Assembly: GCA_965220065.1 (NCBI GenBank)
Contig: OZ244804.1
Location: 4,416,915-4,480,914, forward strand
From: Candidatus Poribacteria bacterium
GTDB taxonomy: Bacteria > Poribacteria > WGA-4E > WGA-3G
DNA length: 64,000 nt
Direction of reading: 5' to 3'
In this document: in pieces, positions 1-9,830 of the stretch
How positions within the stretch are numbered: the stretch's first letter is position 1
Layout: the number at the start of each line of letters is the position of its first letter
The notes under the pieces: model-generated
The model's database searches: none
Told to the model about the DNA's origin: nothing
The model's input: the letters and a program-made list of their open reading frames with translations, nothing else
Program-made: the position numbers and the translations under genes

Positions 1-1289
1 ACTGTCGCCAACATATCGTGCGGATTGACATAGTAAATCTCATGAGGTGTGCCGAGTTCCGCTCGGACACGGGTGATCGCAAAGGAGAGTAGGAAATAGA
101 CACCAAAGAAGATGCCCGCAACCCATAAGGACATCCCTGCGATAGAGGAAAAGACACCGAGCGCGACAAGTGAACCGAGAATCCCTAAGAAAGCGGCACG
201 ATACGGCATCGGTTCGTCCGAATCATCGAGACGCGATTTGAATCCAAGCACCTTTTTCATGACCTCAGTCAGATGCCGCCGTGTGACCCAGACAGCAAGT
301 AAAAAGAGCGCAATCCACGCCCCGTATGCTTGTTCGTTGAGGGCAGGGAAATAGCGCGTGCCGAGTGCCGCCCCAATGACAAATTCTGCTAAGCGAACAA
401 CAAAGAAAAACCAGCACGAAAACGAGAGATCCAACGGCAGGAAAAACGCCAATCCTACTGCGAATGGATAAACGGAGATACGGGTACCACGAATAACATT
501 CCATGGACGGTCGGTGAAGATGTCTCGGAAAACGGCTGTCCGTTTAATATAAGGGATCTCTGGGAATTGTGGGAAGAGGTAGTGAACCCCGTTAATCACA
601 CCGATAGCGACGGCGATACTGAATCCGATCCACATCATCCGATTTTTGAGGAGACTGATGCCGCCATCCTCCGAGAGCCGAAGGGGGAGTTGGATAATCG
701 GATACGCCAACTTTTCCTGTTCTGCCCACCGCTTTCGGACGAGCGTGTTGATGCAGAGCATCATGAACATCATAATCAGGAAGAAGAGTCCCCAAAACAG
801 TAACGGCTTTGTCCAGACTGTAAAGTTGTGGTTTGTGTAGAAGGTGGATTCCCCTTCATAAAACCCCTGTAAACTTTGCGCGTCAGAAACCGTAAGCCAC
901 GCGGGTAGATACCGAAAAAAGAGGGTCTGCCACTCGTTCTCTTCAGTCGCGAATCGGAACGGATGCGCGATACTGCCGAACATATTTTGCATCGTGTCGT
1001 GCCCCGCAAACGTGCAGGAGATCGCGACCATAATGTAGATCGCGAGCAGTTCCCCTTGCTGGAGCATCTGTCGCGGTGCGATGCGTTTCAATGCAAGGTT
1101 GGCGACGACACAGACGAACATGATGAAAACAGGTTGGATAAAGAGTGGAAGGCACGAACCGTCAAGGGAGTAATACTTCACCTCAACAAGTGTCATCCAG
1201 TAGACATTGACTGGAATGAGTAGGACACCTAAAAGAAGCGAGCGCCCTGTAACGCGTGACGATGAGATTGAGGTTTCACGATTCTTCAT
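1..1289 (-). CDS. Polytopic integral membrane protein of unknown function. It is partial: the C-terminus runs off the window start.
   Basis: Translating the minus strand from the ATG at 1289 by hand gives an open frame all the way to position 1 (MKNRETSISSSRVTGRSLLLGVLLIPVNVYW...), with many hydrophobic helices. It is absent from the ORF track only because there is no stop inside the window. Confidence 0.6.
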   Translation of the reverse strand, partial: MKNRETSISSSRVTGRSLLLGVLLIPVNVYWMTLVEVKYYSLDGSCLPLFIQPVFIMFVCVVANLALKRIAPRQMLQQGELLAIYIMVAISCTFAGHDTMQNMFGSIAHPFRFATEENEWQTLFFRYLPAWLTVSDAQSLQGFYEGESTFYTNHNFTVWTKPLLFWGLFFLIMMFMMLCINTLVRKRWAEQEKLAYPIIQLPLRLSEDGGISLLKNRMMWIGFSIAVAIGVINGVHYLFPQFPEIPYIKRTAVFRDIFTDRPWNVIRGTRISVYPFAVGLAFFLPLDLSFSCWFFFVVRLAEFVIGAALGTRYFPALNEQAYGAWIALFLLAVWVTRRHLTEVMKKVLGFKSRLDDSDEPMPYRAAFLGILGSLVALGVFSSIAGMSLWVAGIFFGVYFLLSFAITRVRAELGTPHEIYYVNPHDMLAT

Positions 1290-1296
1290 AGTGAAT

Positions 1297-1530
1297 GTAG
1301 GTTGGGTTGAGTCGTAAAAGACTAAGAGTCCTATAATTTGAACCAAGAATGCTGATTGTCAACCCCCTATTCTTGAAGATAGGCATAGCGAAATCCAACA
1401 AATCAAATGCTATGGGGCTAAGAATATGTTGGGTTTCACTTGGGTCTTGGGCATATCAGGTTTCTATCTGTCGGTTGCCAGTCTTCTGCCTTCTCCTGTT
1501 TTGAGTTTGTTCTCGTTCAACCCAACCTAC
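1297..1530. repeat. MITE-like dispersed element, copy 1, bounded by 18-bp terminal inverted repeats GTAGGTTGGGTTGA(ACGA).
   Basis: The left end is gtaggttgggttga at 1297-1310 and the right end is tcgttcaacccaacctac at 1513-1530. The internal motif gttgggtttcac is shared with copies at 6883-6970 and 14537-14805. Confidence 0.7.
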
Positions 1531-1591
1531 AAGAATCTGTTTCTTTTATCAAACTCACGTTAATTTAGGAGTAGCGGGCGCGGAGAAATCG

Positions 1592-3457
1592 TTAACGGTA
1601 GGCTTTAACGATTTCTGAGATGACACTGGCTCTGTTTTTCCAATTCATACGAGCAGGCGGAATCAGATAGATGCCATCGATTGCGCATTCATCTTGATTA
1701 CGGATCTCCTGAACCAATTCCAAGCACAGTCTCATACCAAGTTCATGTCCAGTGGTGTCTCCAAGATCCCGGAATTTGTCAACAATAAACTGCGGGATGT
1801 AAAGCCCCAAATTATCGCGTAGATAGGATGCGCTTCGGAAACTCGTGAGTGGTAGGATACCGTAGAGGATCTTTATATCGAGATGTTCCGTTGCTTGCTG
1901 GGCGCGTAAAATATCCTCATAGGTCCAGACGGGTTGTGTGTATGCAAACTTCGCGCCATGTGCCACTTTATTTGCAAGGTGCTTGACGTGTGGCTGTAGC
2001 TTCTCTGCAATCGTGAAGCCACCGCCATAATAGAAACTGCACGGCTCCCCGATCGACGAGCCATCGGCGAGTTCGCCTTGGTTCAGTCGGGCAATGAGCC
2101 TCATCAATTGAACCGCACCGCGAACATCCGGGACGAGACTGGCGGTCTCATAAGGTCCGGCTTTCGGATGGTCCCCGGATAGAGCAACAATGCCTCGGAT
2201 TCCCAATGCCTCCGCTTCCAGAAGATGAGATTGCATACTGATGAGATTACGGGATCGGGTCGTCCAATGGATGAGCGTCGGAATCTGGGTCGCCTGCTGG
2301 AGTCGATATGCTGTGGCAATAGCCCCAATGTTCACTGCGGCACCAGAATTGTCGGTTACGTCAAATAAGTCTACACCGGTTGCCGCGAGGTTTTTCGCTT
2401 CTTTCAGCATTGCTCGCAATTGCGGAAAAGTATTGGCGCGCATTTCTACACTTACAATGTGTTCGCGCGTTTCAAATACTTGTTGGACAGGATTATCGGT
2501 TGGTGCTTTAGACGTTGACGTAATTTTTGGGAGGACGAAAATGCGTTGCTCCCGTTGAACAGGTTCGCGTCCTACGAGAGCCTGTCGGATTTTTGCCGTA
2601 TAGGCAGGGGTCGTACCGCAACAGCCGCCGATCATGTTCGCGCCGAGTTCAACTAATTTTCCAACATAGTCGCTGAAAACCTCTGCCTCGACTGTGTAAG
2701 AGACGGCAATTTCACCCTGTTCTACTCTCGGATTTCCAGCGTTCGGTTGTACGGCAATAGGGACTTTGATAACGGGGGCAAGCAACTCCATCGCCTCAAC
2801 GAGATCATGCGGTCCTCTGCAATTGATGCCGACTGCGTGCGCGCCGAGTTGTTCTAACGTTTGTGCAAAAACGCGCACATCTAATCCTGCGCCTACAGTT
2901 CCTCCTGAAACCCCGCTGATTTCAACGACGACAGGGACATCATAGGTGAGTGCTTGCTTTGTAGCGATTTCTGCTTGTTTGGGGGAGACAAAAGTTTCGA
3001 GTACGAGAAGATCAACGCCTTCATCGACGAGCGCGTCCATCTGCTCCTTGAAAAGCCGTCGGAGTGCCTTCGTGGATGGAATCGGCGTATCTAAAGTTTG
3101 AAACGGAATTTGACCAACGGAGCCAGCAACATAGCATGTCTCTTGTGCCGCCGCTCGTGCCAGTGACACGCCTGTTCTGTTAATCTCTTCAACCTGTTCA
3201 GCCAAGCCGTGGACTGCTAATGCTTCTCTGTTTGCTTGATAGGTATTCGTCTGAATGACATCGGCACCCGCATCGATATAGGCGCGATGAACCGCTACAA
3301 CCCTCTCAGCATGCTCTGTAGAAATATTGCAGGCATCGATGCACTGTAAATGTGATGGGATCCGTTTGCGGAGTTCGGTTCCGATAGCACCGTCACACAC
3401 CAGAATCTGGCGGGCGAGGGCTTCCATAAAGTTATCTGGTCTTGAGTTAATAGCCAT
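1592..3457 (-). CDS. yitJ: Bifunctional homocysteine S-methyltransferase / 5,10-methylenetetrahydrofolate reductase (YitJ-like fusion).
   Basis: The N-terminal half has the Hcy-binding (Pfam S-methyl_trans) motifs: GAIGTEL, GADVIQTNTY, and a CCGTTP zinc ligand. The C-terminal half is an MTHFR (MetF) TIM-barrel. At 621 aa it matches the known Bacillus-type fusion. Confidence 0.8.
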   Translation of the reverse strand: MAINSRPDNFMEALARQILVCDGAIGTELRKRIPSHLQCIDACNISTEHAERVVAVHRAYIDAGADVIQTNTYQANREALAVHGLAEQVEEINRTGVSLARAAAQETCYVAGSVGQIPFQTLDTPIPSTKALRRLFKEQMDALVDEGVDLLVLETFVSPKQAEIATKQALTYDVPVVVEISGVSGGTVGAGLDVRVFAQTLEQLGAHAVGINCRGPHDLVEAMELLAPVIKVPIAVQPNAGNPRVEQGEIAVSYTVEAEVFSDYVGKLVELGANMIGGCCGTTPAYTAKIRQALVGREPVQREQRIFVLPKITSTSKAPTDNPVQQVFETREHIVSVEMRANTFPQLRAMLKEAKNLAATGVDLFDVTDNSGAAVNIGAIATAYRLQQATQIPTLIHWTTRSRNLISMQSHLLEAEALGIRGIVALSGDHPKAGPYETASLVPDVRGAVQLMRLIARLNQGELADGSSIGEPCSFYYGGGFTIAEKLQPHVKHLANKVAHGAKFAYTQPVWTYEDILRAQQATEHLDIKILYGILPLTSFRSASYLRDNLGLYIPQFIVDKFRDLGDTTGHELGMRLCLELVQEIRNQDECAIDGIYLIPPARMNWKNRASVISEIVKAYR

Positions 3458-3461
3458 CTAA

Positions 3462-3492
3462 GAGAAAAGCGCGCTTAGAAAGCGCGCCTTCC
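3462..3492 (-). terminator. Rho-independent terminator-like hairpin (GCGCGCTT-TCT-AAGCGCGC followed by TTTTCTCTT) between the stop of the 3512..5146 gene and the yitJ-like start.
   Basis: There is a perfect 8-bp GC-rich stem with a 3-nt loop, followed by a U-run on the minus strand. It sits 11 nt upstream of the yitJ-like ATG. Confidence 0.5.
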
Positions 3493-3511
3493 TATGTTTA
3501 TGAGGGAATTT

Positions 3512-5146
3512 CTATTTAATTATTTCTCCCGCACTTTCGGTTGGGATATAATAATAGCCAAAGATAATACACATCTCATCTTCAGACGTGAGTCCAAATA
3601 TAAGGGGTTCGTCCGTGTCGTAGTTGTTATGGGTACACTCGAACTTGAGTGTGTCGGCTGCATCTAAGCGAAGAACCGGATCGAAAGGGGTAATCGGGGC
3701 ATCATCATAAGAGATACTCCGATGTAGCAGATCGCCTGTTGAACCCTGAAAAATCTCGAACAGTTCCCCGTGCCGATGCATGTGAGATGTCAGCAGAAAG
3801 ACGTTCAAAGCTGTTCCTGCATCGTGTCCACGACGCTCCAACTCATCTTCAACGTACCACGTCATTTTAGCGACACGTGTTGTTCCGGGTGGGACGTTAA
3901 TTGACCGATTAGAAACGAAGATTTCAACGGCTTCGTATTGGACTTCCGCCTCCGGAATCGTGTAGATATTAACGTAAGTTTCACCAAGCAGCGTTTCGTC
4001 GCCGAGCAGATTGATGTAGTGGGAATTCAGATCGTAAATGGTATCACCGGGGAGCCGTAACCCTACACCCTCCGGGAACGCAAAGAGGGTGTCATCTGTT
4101 TGTGTTCCGACGACGAAAAGTCTGTCAACCCCGAAATTCCCAAGTACCAGCGGATCTTCAGTATCAAGTTCACGGAACTCATCTTCCGAATTAACACCGA
4201 TTCCGGGTGTAATGCCTCTCTCTGGCACACCTTGTGCCAAACCTTCTTCCGTGAATCGATATAAGATGAAGTGATGGCTACCCGCAGGATAGAAAATCTC
4301 TACTCTATTGATAAAGATATCTCCCTCTACGGGATCCCCATTTTCATCTCTGATTTGGGTGGCGTAGTAAATTTCCCGTTCGGTGCCGGGTTCAATTTTG
4401 AACGGCGGCAAATGGAGTTGATAGCCTTCCCCAGGCGCGGGAGGCGCAGGGGGTTCAAAGACTTCATCAGGATCGCGTAAAACACCAAGATCTCCAATAC
4501 CTGCTATTTTACCGGTCTGTGGTGCCCCTGCCTCGATCCATGTCCGAACCGCATCTATCTTACCATTGTGGAGTACGCCGCCACCGAACGGCATCCGCTG
4601 ACCCTGTTCCGCCACTGTCGGTCCCATCAATTTCGTCAAAAGAAAACTGTTCTCTGGGTTCCCTGGGTCAACGAGTTTCATACCCGCCGCTGCCGCCGCG
4701 GGATTCTGTGGCACAACTCCCACCAACTCTTCGTAGGAGAGACCATAGGTGAGATTCAAACCGAGGGCGTTTGCAGGCGCGGCATGGCAAGCACTGTTCG
4801 CACAGCTCTTATCAAAGAGGGCCTCCTGAATATCATGATACGTGGAGTTTTCATCCGGGGCAGTTTGTCCAAAACTGCTGCTCACGCGAACGAGGTCCAA
4901 GACGTTGACAATCCCGTCGCGGTTCACATCAGGATCCTGTTCTGCATTGCGATCCCTGGGTTGTCCGAAAGAACCAGCGACAAGCACCAAATCTTGGATG
5001 TTCACGACACCATCTTTATTAACGTCTTCCAGCAAGGTAGGGAGATTGCTGTGTCCGAACACCAGGAGCGATACGCCACCTACCAGTACAAGAACGAGTG
5101 CGGAATAAACTATTTTTTTTAACATAATTAGTAATTTAACCTCCAA
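3512..5146 (-). CDS. Secreted protein with two dockerin-like repeats and a planctomycete-type cytochrome-c-like (PSCyt-like) domain.
   Basis: The N-terminus is a hydrophobic signal/anchor. The dockerin-like repeats are DVNKDGVVNIQDLVLVAGSFGQ and DVNRDGIVNVLDLVRVSSSFGQ. The segment SCANSACHAA...NPENSFLLTKLMG...RMPFGG...WIEAGAP resembles the PSCyt family but has a CX4CH rather than a CXXCH motif. The C-terminal ~330 aa are unassigned. Confidence 0.55.
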   Translation of the reverse strand: MEVKLLIMLKKIVYSALVLVLVGGVSLLVFGHSNLPTLLEDVNKDGVVNIQDLVLVAGSFGQPRDRNAEQDPDVNRDGIVNVLDLVRVSSSFGQTAPDENSTYHDIQEALFDKSCANSACHAAPANALGLNLTYGLSYEELVGVVPQNPAAAAAGMKLVDPGNPENSFLLTKLMGPTVAEQGQRMPFGGGVLHNGKIDAVRTWIEAGAPQTGKIAGIGDLGVLRDPDEVFEPPAPPAPGEGYQLHLPPFKIEPGTEREIYYATQIRDENGDPVEGDIFINRVEIFYPAGSHHFILYRFTEEGLAQGVPERGITPGIGVNSEDEFRELDTEDPLVLGNFGVDRLFVVGTQTDDTLFAFPEGVGLRLPGDTIYDLNSHYINLLGDETLLGETYVNIYTIPEAEVQYEAVEIFVSNRSINVPPGTTRVAKMTWYVEDELERRGHDAGTALNVFLLTSHMHRHGELFEIFQGSTGDLLHRSISYDDAPITPFDPVLRLDAADTLKFECTHNNYDTDEPLIFGLTSEDEMCIIFGYYYIPTESAGEIIK

Positions 5147-5156
5147 ACATTGGATA

Positions 5157-5882
5157 TTAACGCAGTTGATTCTGCGTCATATTTTTAAAAAGTTCAGTTT
5201 CTGATATAAAACGGTATTTTAGAAGTGTCCATGCGGCAGAAAATCCATCTGACCAGAATCGGAGTTTCTTGCCCTCCTTCTTCGTGCGCGGGAAATAGGA
5301 AACCGGTACCTCGTAGATACGATAACCCGCACGCAAAATCTTTGCTGTGACCTCCGGACAGAATTCAAATCCTTCACACGTTAAATCTAAACGTGTGATG
5401 AGTTCTGTGGAGAAGGCTTTGTAGCCTGTTGATTCATCGGTAATTCGGCATCCGTAAAGGAGATTTGTGTAGATAGCGAGAATACGATTCGCTATGAAAT
5501 TATGAAGACTGGCGTTCCCTCGCCCATTCAGAAACCTTGATCCGTAGACGACGTGAATGTTCTCCTTTTCCAGTGGTCCCACAAGTTCAGGTAGATCTGC
5601 CGGAGTCAATTCCATGTCTGCATCTTGAATAACGACTACTTCTCCCTTCGCGTATGGAAGCCCGCTCCGAATTGCGAAACCCTTGCCTCTGTTCTCTTGG
5701 CAATGCACGACGGTCAGTTCATAAGTCGCACGCAATTCCTCAAGCACCTTGTAAGTTCCGTCGGTGGAACCGTCGTTGACAACAATCAATTGTTTCTCAA
5801 GTGGCAGGGTACATAGTGCCTCCAGCACCTGTCCGATTGTCTGCTCTTCGTTGAACGCAGGAACGATTACGGATATTAACAT
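5157..5882 (-). CDS. Family 2 glycosyltransferase (DPM1-like / polyprenyl-phosphate sugar synthase-like).
   Basis: It has the GT2 motifs ISVIVPAFNEE, VVNDGSTDGT and VIQDADMEL (DxD). Confidence 0.8.
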   Translation of the reverse strand: MLISVIVPAFNEEQTIGQVLEALCTLPLEKQLIVVNDGSTDGTYKVLEELRATYELTVVHCQENRGKGFAIRSGLPYAKGEVVVIQDADMELTPADLPELVGPLEKENIHVVYGSRFLNGRGNASLHNFIANRILAIYTNLLYGCRITDESTGYKAFSTELITRLDLTCEGFEFCPEVTAKILRAGYRIYEVPVSYFPRTKKEGKKLRFWSDGFSAAWTLLKYRFISETELFKNMTQNQLR

Positions 5883-5909
5883 CGTTCATCATGCCTCCGT
5901 TCAAGTGTA

Positions 5910-6701
5910 TCAGAGTAATGATTTTACCATGCCGCCGTCTACCTGAATCGTAGTGCCGGTGATGTAACTGGCGCGTTCCGATGCCAGAAAAACGACTAAG
6001 GTTGCAAACTCGTCTGGGTCGCCGATTCTACCGAGCGGAATATCTGCAGTCATATTTGCGAGTGCCTCATCAAACGTGATGCCACCCTCTTCTGCACGGA
6101 CGGTCGCGAGTTGTCGGATACGGTCGGTGAAGATAATACCGGGACAGACGTTGTTAACGAGAATTTTATCTGGTGCTAATTCTGTCGCGAGGGTCTTCGC
6201 GAATCCAATCACGCCTGTCCGTGCCATATTGGATAACATAAGTCCATCGACAGGTTGTTTGACAGAGACAGAAGTAAGATTGATAATCCGTCCACCACCA
6301 CGCACCCGCATCGTCGGGACAACAGCGCGACAGAGGTTTATCGTGCTCATCAGGTTCAATTGGACGGCGTCTTGATAGTCCTGTGCCTCCAAGTCATCGA
6401 ACCGTCCGGCTCTGGGTCCACCGGCATTGTTAACCAATATATCAATACCACCGAAGTGCTCTATCGCTGTGCTAATGAGATTTTCAACCTGATCTGGTTG
6501 GCTGACGTCGGTCGGTACCGCTAAAACTTCGGTGTCGGTCTGATTGCGAATGTCATCTGCTGTTGCTTCCAAAGCCTCTTTGTCTCTTGCGCAGATAGTG
6601 ACCTTCGCGCCTTCGTGTGCTAACCCAAGAGCGATCGCGCGCCCAAGTCCTTTGCTTGAGGCACCTACAACTGCAATTTTATCCGTGAGTCCAAGGTTCA
6701 T
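5910..6701 (-). CDS. SDR-family NAD(P)-dependent oxidoreductase (FabG-like).
   Basis: It has the glycine-rich KIAVVGASSKGLGRAIA motif, the NNAG motif and a YxxxK-type catalytic region. Length is 263 aa. Confidence 0.8.
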   Translation of the reverse strand: MNLGLTDKIAVVGASSKGLGRAIALGLAHEGAKVTICARDKEALEATADDIRNQTDTEVLAVPTDVSQPDQVENLISTAIEHFGGIDILVNNAGGPRAGRFDDLEAQDYQDAVQLNLMSTINLCRAVVPTMRVRGGGRIINLTSVSVKQPVDGLMLSNMARTGVIGFAKTLATELAPDKILVNNVCPGIIFTDRIRQLATVRAEEGGITFDEALANMTADIPLGRIGDPDEFATLVVFLASERASYITGTTIQVDGGMVKSLL

Positions 6702-6882
6702 TATGTTATGTTAATATGGGCTTACAAACTACGCCCTACATCCTTTCAAAAATAGAATCAATGTTACGCGATTAAGTATAACACTATGGTGGTGTAATGT
6801 CAAAGGTAATTTCTGTTGGCTGAAAACAGTAGTCGCAGTTTCATGAAAATTAAGGATTTAATTGGAGAATGTTGTGATCCTG

Positions 6883-6970
6883 TAGGTTGGGTTGAACGAG
6901 ACAGAAAACGGACGTTCCCTGTATTGGTCTTTTGCTGGATAATTTAGCGTGAAACCCAACTTATATTAGG
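6883..6970. repeat. Truncated copy of the MITE-like element: one terminal inverted repeat plus the internal gtgaaacccaac motif.
   Basis: gtaggttgggttgaacga occupies 6883-6899, and gtgaaacccaac follows about 45 nt later in the orientation of the right half of copy 1. Confidence 0.6.
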
Positions 6971-7110
6971 ACTTACTGACAATTACATAGATCTCTACTC
7001 TTTAACAAACAGCCGTTCGTAGTAGTGCGATTCATCGACATCGTGCCAAAAAGCACCAAATATTTTCAGACTTCACTATATGTGATATGTGCCGAAAGCG
7101 TTTCCAGACG

Positions 7111-9684
7111 CTACTTCTTTATCAACATTTTGCGTGTCATTGAGAAGTCTCCTACCGATAATGTAGAGAAATAAACGCCACTCGCCATGGGTTCACCGTG
7201 TTGATTTCTGCCATCCCAATACGCTGCGCGGCTTTTGCTGTGATACGTTCCTGCAGGTTGATGTCCCAACGCCAAGGTCCGCACCAGTGTTCCATCTATA
7301 GAGCGGATGTGCAACGTCACTTCCGCAGGCTTAGATAACTGATAGGGTATCCACGTCTCAGGGTTAAAAGGGTTCGGATAGTTTGCTAAGAGATGGGTTT
7401 CTGTTGGAATAGTTAAGGTTGCAAGGAGTTGTTCAAGCACAACAATCCCTCTTTTTGCAACCTCAACATTGGGGTGTGAAGAACCAACGTGGAGGTCATA
7501 GTCTTTCGCTTGTCTTATCCACTTCTGTAAGTCTGCGGTTGTAAACGCAGGCATTTCTTGGATATGTAACGCCGGTGCTGCCCGTACATCACTTAACAAA
7601 CTGGCAACTAAGAGGAGATCGGCAATATTGACAATCCCATCTCCGTTAACATCCGGATTTGGATGAACCCTGCCAACGATCGTTTTGCCGAAATTGGAAG
7701 CAACCAATACGAGGTCTGCTATGTTGACCGCTCCATCTCTGTTGACATCGGCGTTGTTTCCAGATACTAAGGCGTTCACTGCTCTGAGTGTGTAGTCCTG
7801 CCGTGTAATATTTCCGTGGACATCAATCACTTGGAGGACGACATTGTTGATTTGCTGTGCCGTTAAGGTCGGCGTGCTGAATTTAAGGAGACTGCTTGGC
7901 GTGTGTAAGTCCTTACAACTGTGTAACTTGACACCGGACGCTGGGTCCAACACGGTCGTCGGCACCAGTAACTGCGCTTGGTGGATACCGTCTACATCAC
8001 TGACGGAAAATTGGAGTGTAAAATTTCTCGCGTTTCGGGAGTACCTTGAAGGCGTGAGCATCTGAATCGTTGTCGGTTCATTGAAGGCGGTTTGACCGGT
8101 GTTAAAAAAGCGATTGGCGTTCAGCCAACTGGCGGCACACTTAGACAGTTGATTTGGTGCTACTCCGTATGACATGATGTATGTCGGATCTCGAAAGTCG
8201 TGCTCTAAACCGAAAGCGTGTCCGAGTTCGTGCGCTGTTACAACGACGCCATACGCCCCCTCGAAACACACACCCGAGGCAGGGATCACCGCGCGGCCCC
8301 CTCGAGCCCTGACCGAGGGTTCATTTTCAAACCAATTGCCGCCACCAACCCCGCATTTGTCTGTTGCACCAATGAACTCACTACTGATGTCTGCGACAAT
8401 GAGATAGACGTGTTTTTCCGTGTCAAACAGAGACGCGACTTCATCGTAGACCTTGTTTGCAGTATCCGTATGGTAATATTGGTCTCTGAACTGCCCCTCA
8501 ACTCGGTATGCAAGCATCTGACCATTTGCATCGGTTTCATACGTGAAGGTTTTTCGACCGAATCCATTAATTTGCATCTGGTCTGCATAAAAACGTTGAA
8601 CGCGCCTTATGAGTGTATCCACCTTCGTCCAGATGCTCGGTTGCATGTTCCGATCGCGCGGGAGGAAATAGATAATCCGCACCATATCCGGAGTGATAGA
8701 ACGATAGGGTGTGACATCCCAGAGTCGGAGTGTGCTGTCCGTACCACCGCTGATCAGCGAACTTCCGTCTGGAGAAAAGGCGGTACCCCTGACCCAATCT
8801 GTGTGTCCCATGAGCGTGCCGATATTCTCGCCGATGTTAACCCTCCATAGATTGACAGATGTATAGCCTGTGGTGGCAAGCGTGCTGCTATCGGGTGAGA
8901 AACTCATATTGGAGATTGTGCCGTTGGTGGTAAGCGTGCCATGGGGTATCCAATTCGGTGCTTTCCATAATTTCACTTTCCCTTCGTATCCCGCACCCGC
9001 AAGGATTTGGGCATCCGGAGAGAACTGAACGGTATAGACGGCCTCCGAATCAGCATGAAGTTGCGTAACAGCCTGTTGGCTTTGAACATCCCAGACGGTA
9101 ACCTGACCACTGTTATCTCCCGTGGCGAGTAGCCTGCCATCGTTGGAAAACGCAACTGCCCAGACCCAGTCGATATGTCTGAGCGTAACGATCTCGTTGT
9201 AGGTGCGTGCGTTCCAGAGCTTCGCATGTCTACCGCCAGTCGCTATCATGCTGCCGTTTGGAGAGAAGGTAACCGCTTTGACTTGTGAACGAGCGCGGTC
9301 AGTAATATGCTCATGGATTACGATATGGCGTTTGTGGTTGACATTCCACAATTTGAGGACATAATCGTCACCACCGCTGGCGAGAAACCTGCCGTCTGGG
9401 GAAAAAGCGATGGAATTGACAGTATCATCGTGGTGACCTAATGTTGCCACGGTCCCGTTCCGCAGATTCCACAACTTTATTACCCCATTATCGCCAGCAC
9501 TGGCAATCAGGAAAGGATTCACCGGGGAATATGCAACCGTTAGGACGCTACTGCCGTGTTTAAGTAAGGTGTGTTCTGTTTGAGCGACGGCGGTGAGTGA
9601 CAGCGTCAGCAAGAGGGGTATTATGAGAGATAGACGCTTGAATTGCATATTTCTAACGATTGGTTTCTGGGGCCTCTCCGTCAC
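7111..9684 (-). CDS. Secreted multidomain protein with WD40 beta-propeller, metzincin-type zinc metalloprotease, dockerin-like repeats and a T9SS C-terminal sorting domain.
   Basis: There is a signal peptide, and the real start is probably the internal ATG at 9648 (MQFKRLSLIIPLLLTLSLTAVA). About 7 WD40 repeats are present (WNxxxG, LWD, WDV). The HELGHAFGLEHD motif is HExxHxxGxxH. The two dockerin repeats are DVNRDGAVNIADLVLVASNFG and DVNGDGIVNIADLLLVASLL. The C-terminus NYPNPFNPETWIPYQL...SGVYFSTL...KMLIKK matches the TIGR04183-type Por secretion sorting domain. Confidence 0.7.
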   Translation of the reverse strand: MTERPQKPIVRNMQFKRLSLIIPLLLTLSLTAVAQTEHTLLKHGSSVLTVAYSPVNPFLIASAGDNGVIKLWNLRNGTVATLGHHDDTVNSIAFSPDGRFLASGGDDYVLKLWNVNHKRHIVIHEHITDRARSQVKAVTFSPNGSMIATGGRHAKLWNARTYNEIVTLRHIDWVWAVAFSNDGRLLATGDNSGQVTVWDVQSQQAVTQLHADSEAVYTVQFSPDAQILAGAGYEGKVKLWKAPNWIPHGTLTTNGTISNMSFSPDSSTLATTGYTSVNLWRVNIGENIGTLMGHTDWVRGTAFSPDGSSLISGGTDSTLRLWDVTPYRSITPDMVRIIYFLPRDRNMQPSIWTKVDTLIRRVQRFYADQMQINGFGRKTFTYETDANGQMLAYRVEGQFRDQYYHTDTANKVYDEVASLFDTEKHVYLIVADISSEFIGATDKCGVGGGNWFENEPSVRARGGRAVIPASGVCFEGAYGVVVTAHELGHAFGLEHDFRDPTYIMSYGVAPNQLSKCAASWLNANRFFNTGQTAFNEPTTIQMLTPSRYSRNARNFTLQFSVSDVDGIHQAQLLVPTTVLDPASGVKLHSCKDLHTPSSLLKFSTPTLTAQQINNVVLQVIDVHGNITRQDYTLRAVNALVSGNNADVNRDGAVNIADLVLVASNFGKTIVGRVHPNPDVNGDGIVNIADLLLVASLLSDVRAAPALHIQEMPAFTTADLQKWIRQAKDYDLHVGSSHPNVEVAKRGIVVLEQLLATLTIPTETHLLANYPNPFNPETWIPYQLSKPAEVTLHIRSIDGTLVRTLALGHQPAGTYHSKSRAAYWDGRNQHGEPMASGVYFSTLSVGDFSMTRKMLIKK

Positions 9685-9830
9685 ATTACGCGGGGGTTTT
9701 CGTTAAAGTCGCACTCCTTCTTGATGTTGAAAAGGGTTAGAGTTAACCGGAAACCGTTGTGTAATGAAGTGGAGCGACACCCAGGAGCCGATAAATTAAA
9801 AAAGATAACATGCTGCCCTTACAAACGAGA

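Noticed and set aside
3458-3511. A possible S-box (SAM) riboswitch upstream of the yitJ-like gene, as in Bacillus
   Set aside because: The gap is only 54 nt and contains a single simple hairpin. It is too short and lacks the S-box conserved helices.
4568-5122. A 184-aa + strand ORF, with other + strand ORFs at 4038-5108
   Set aside because: It is antisense within the well-supported 3512..5146 minus-strand gene, so it is a shadow ORF.
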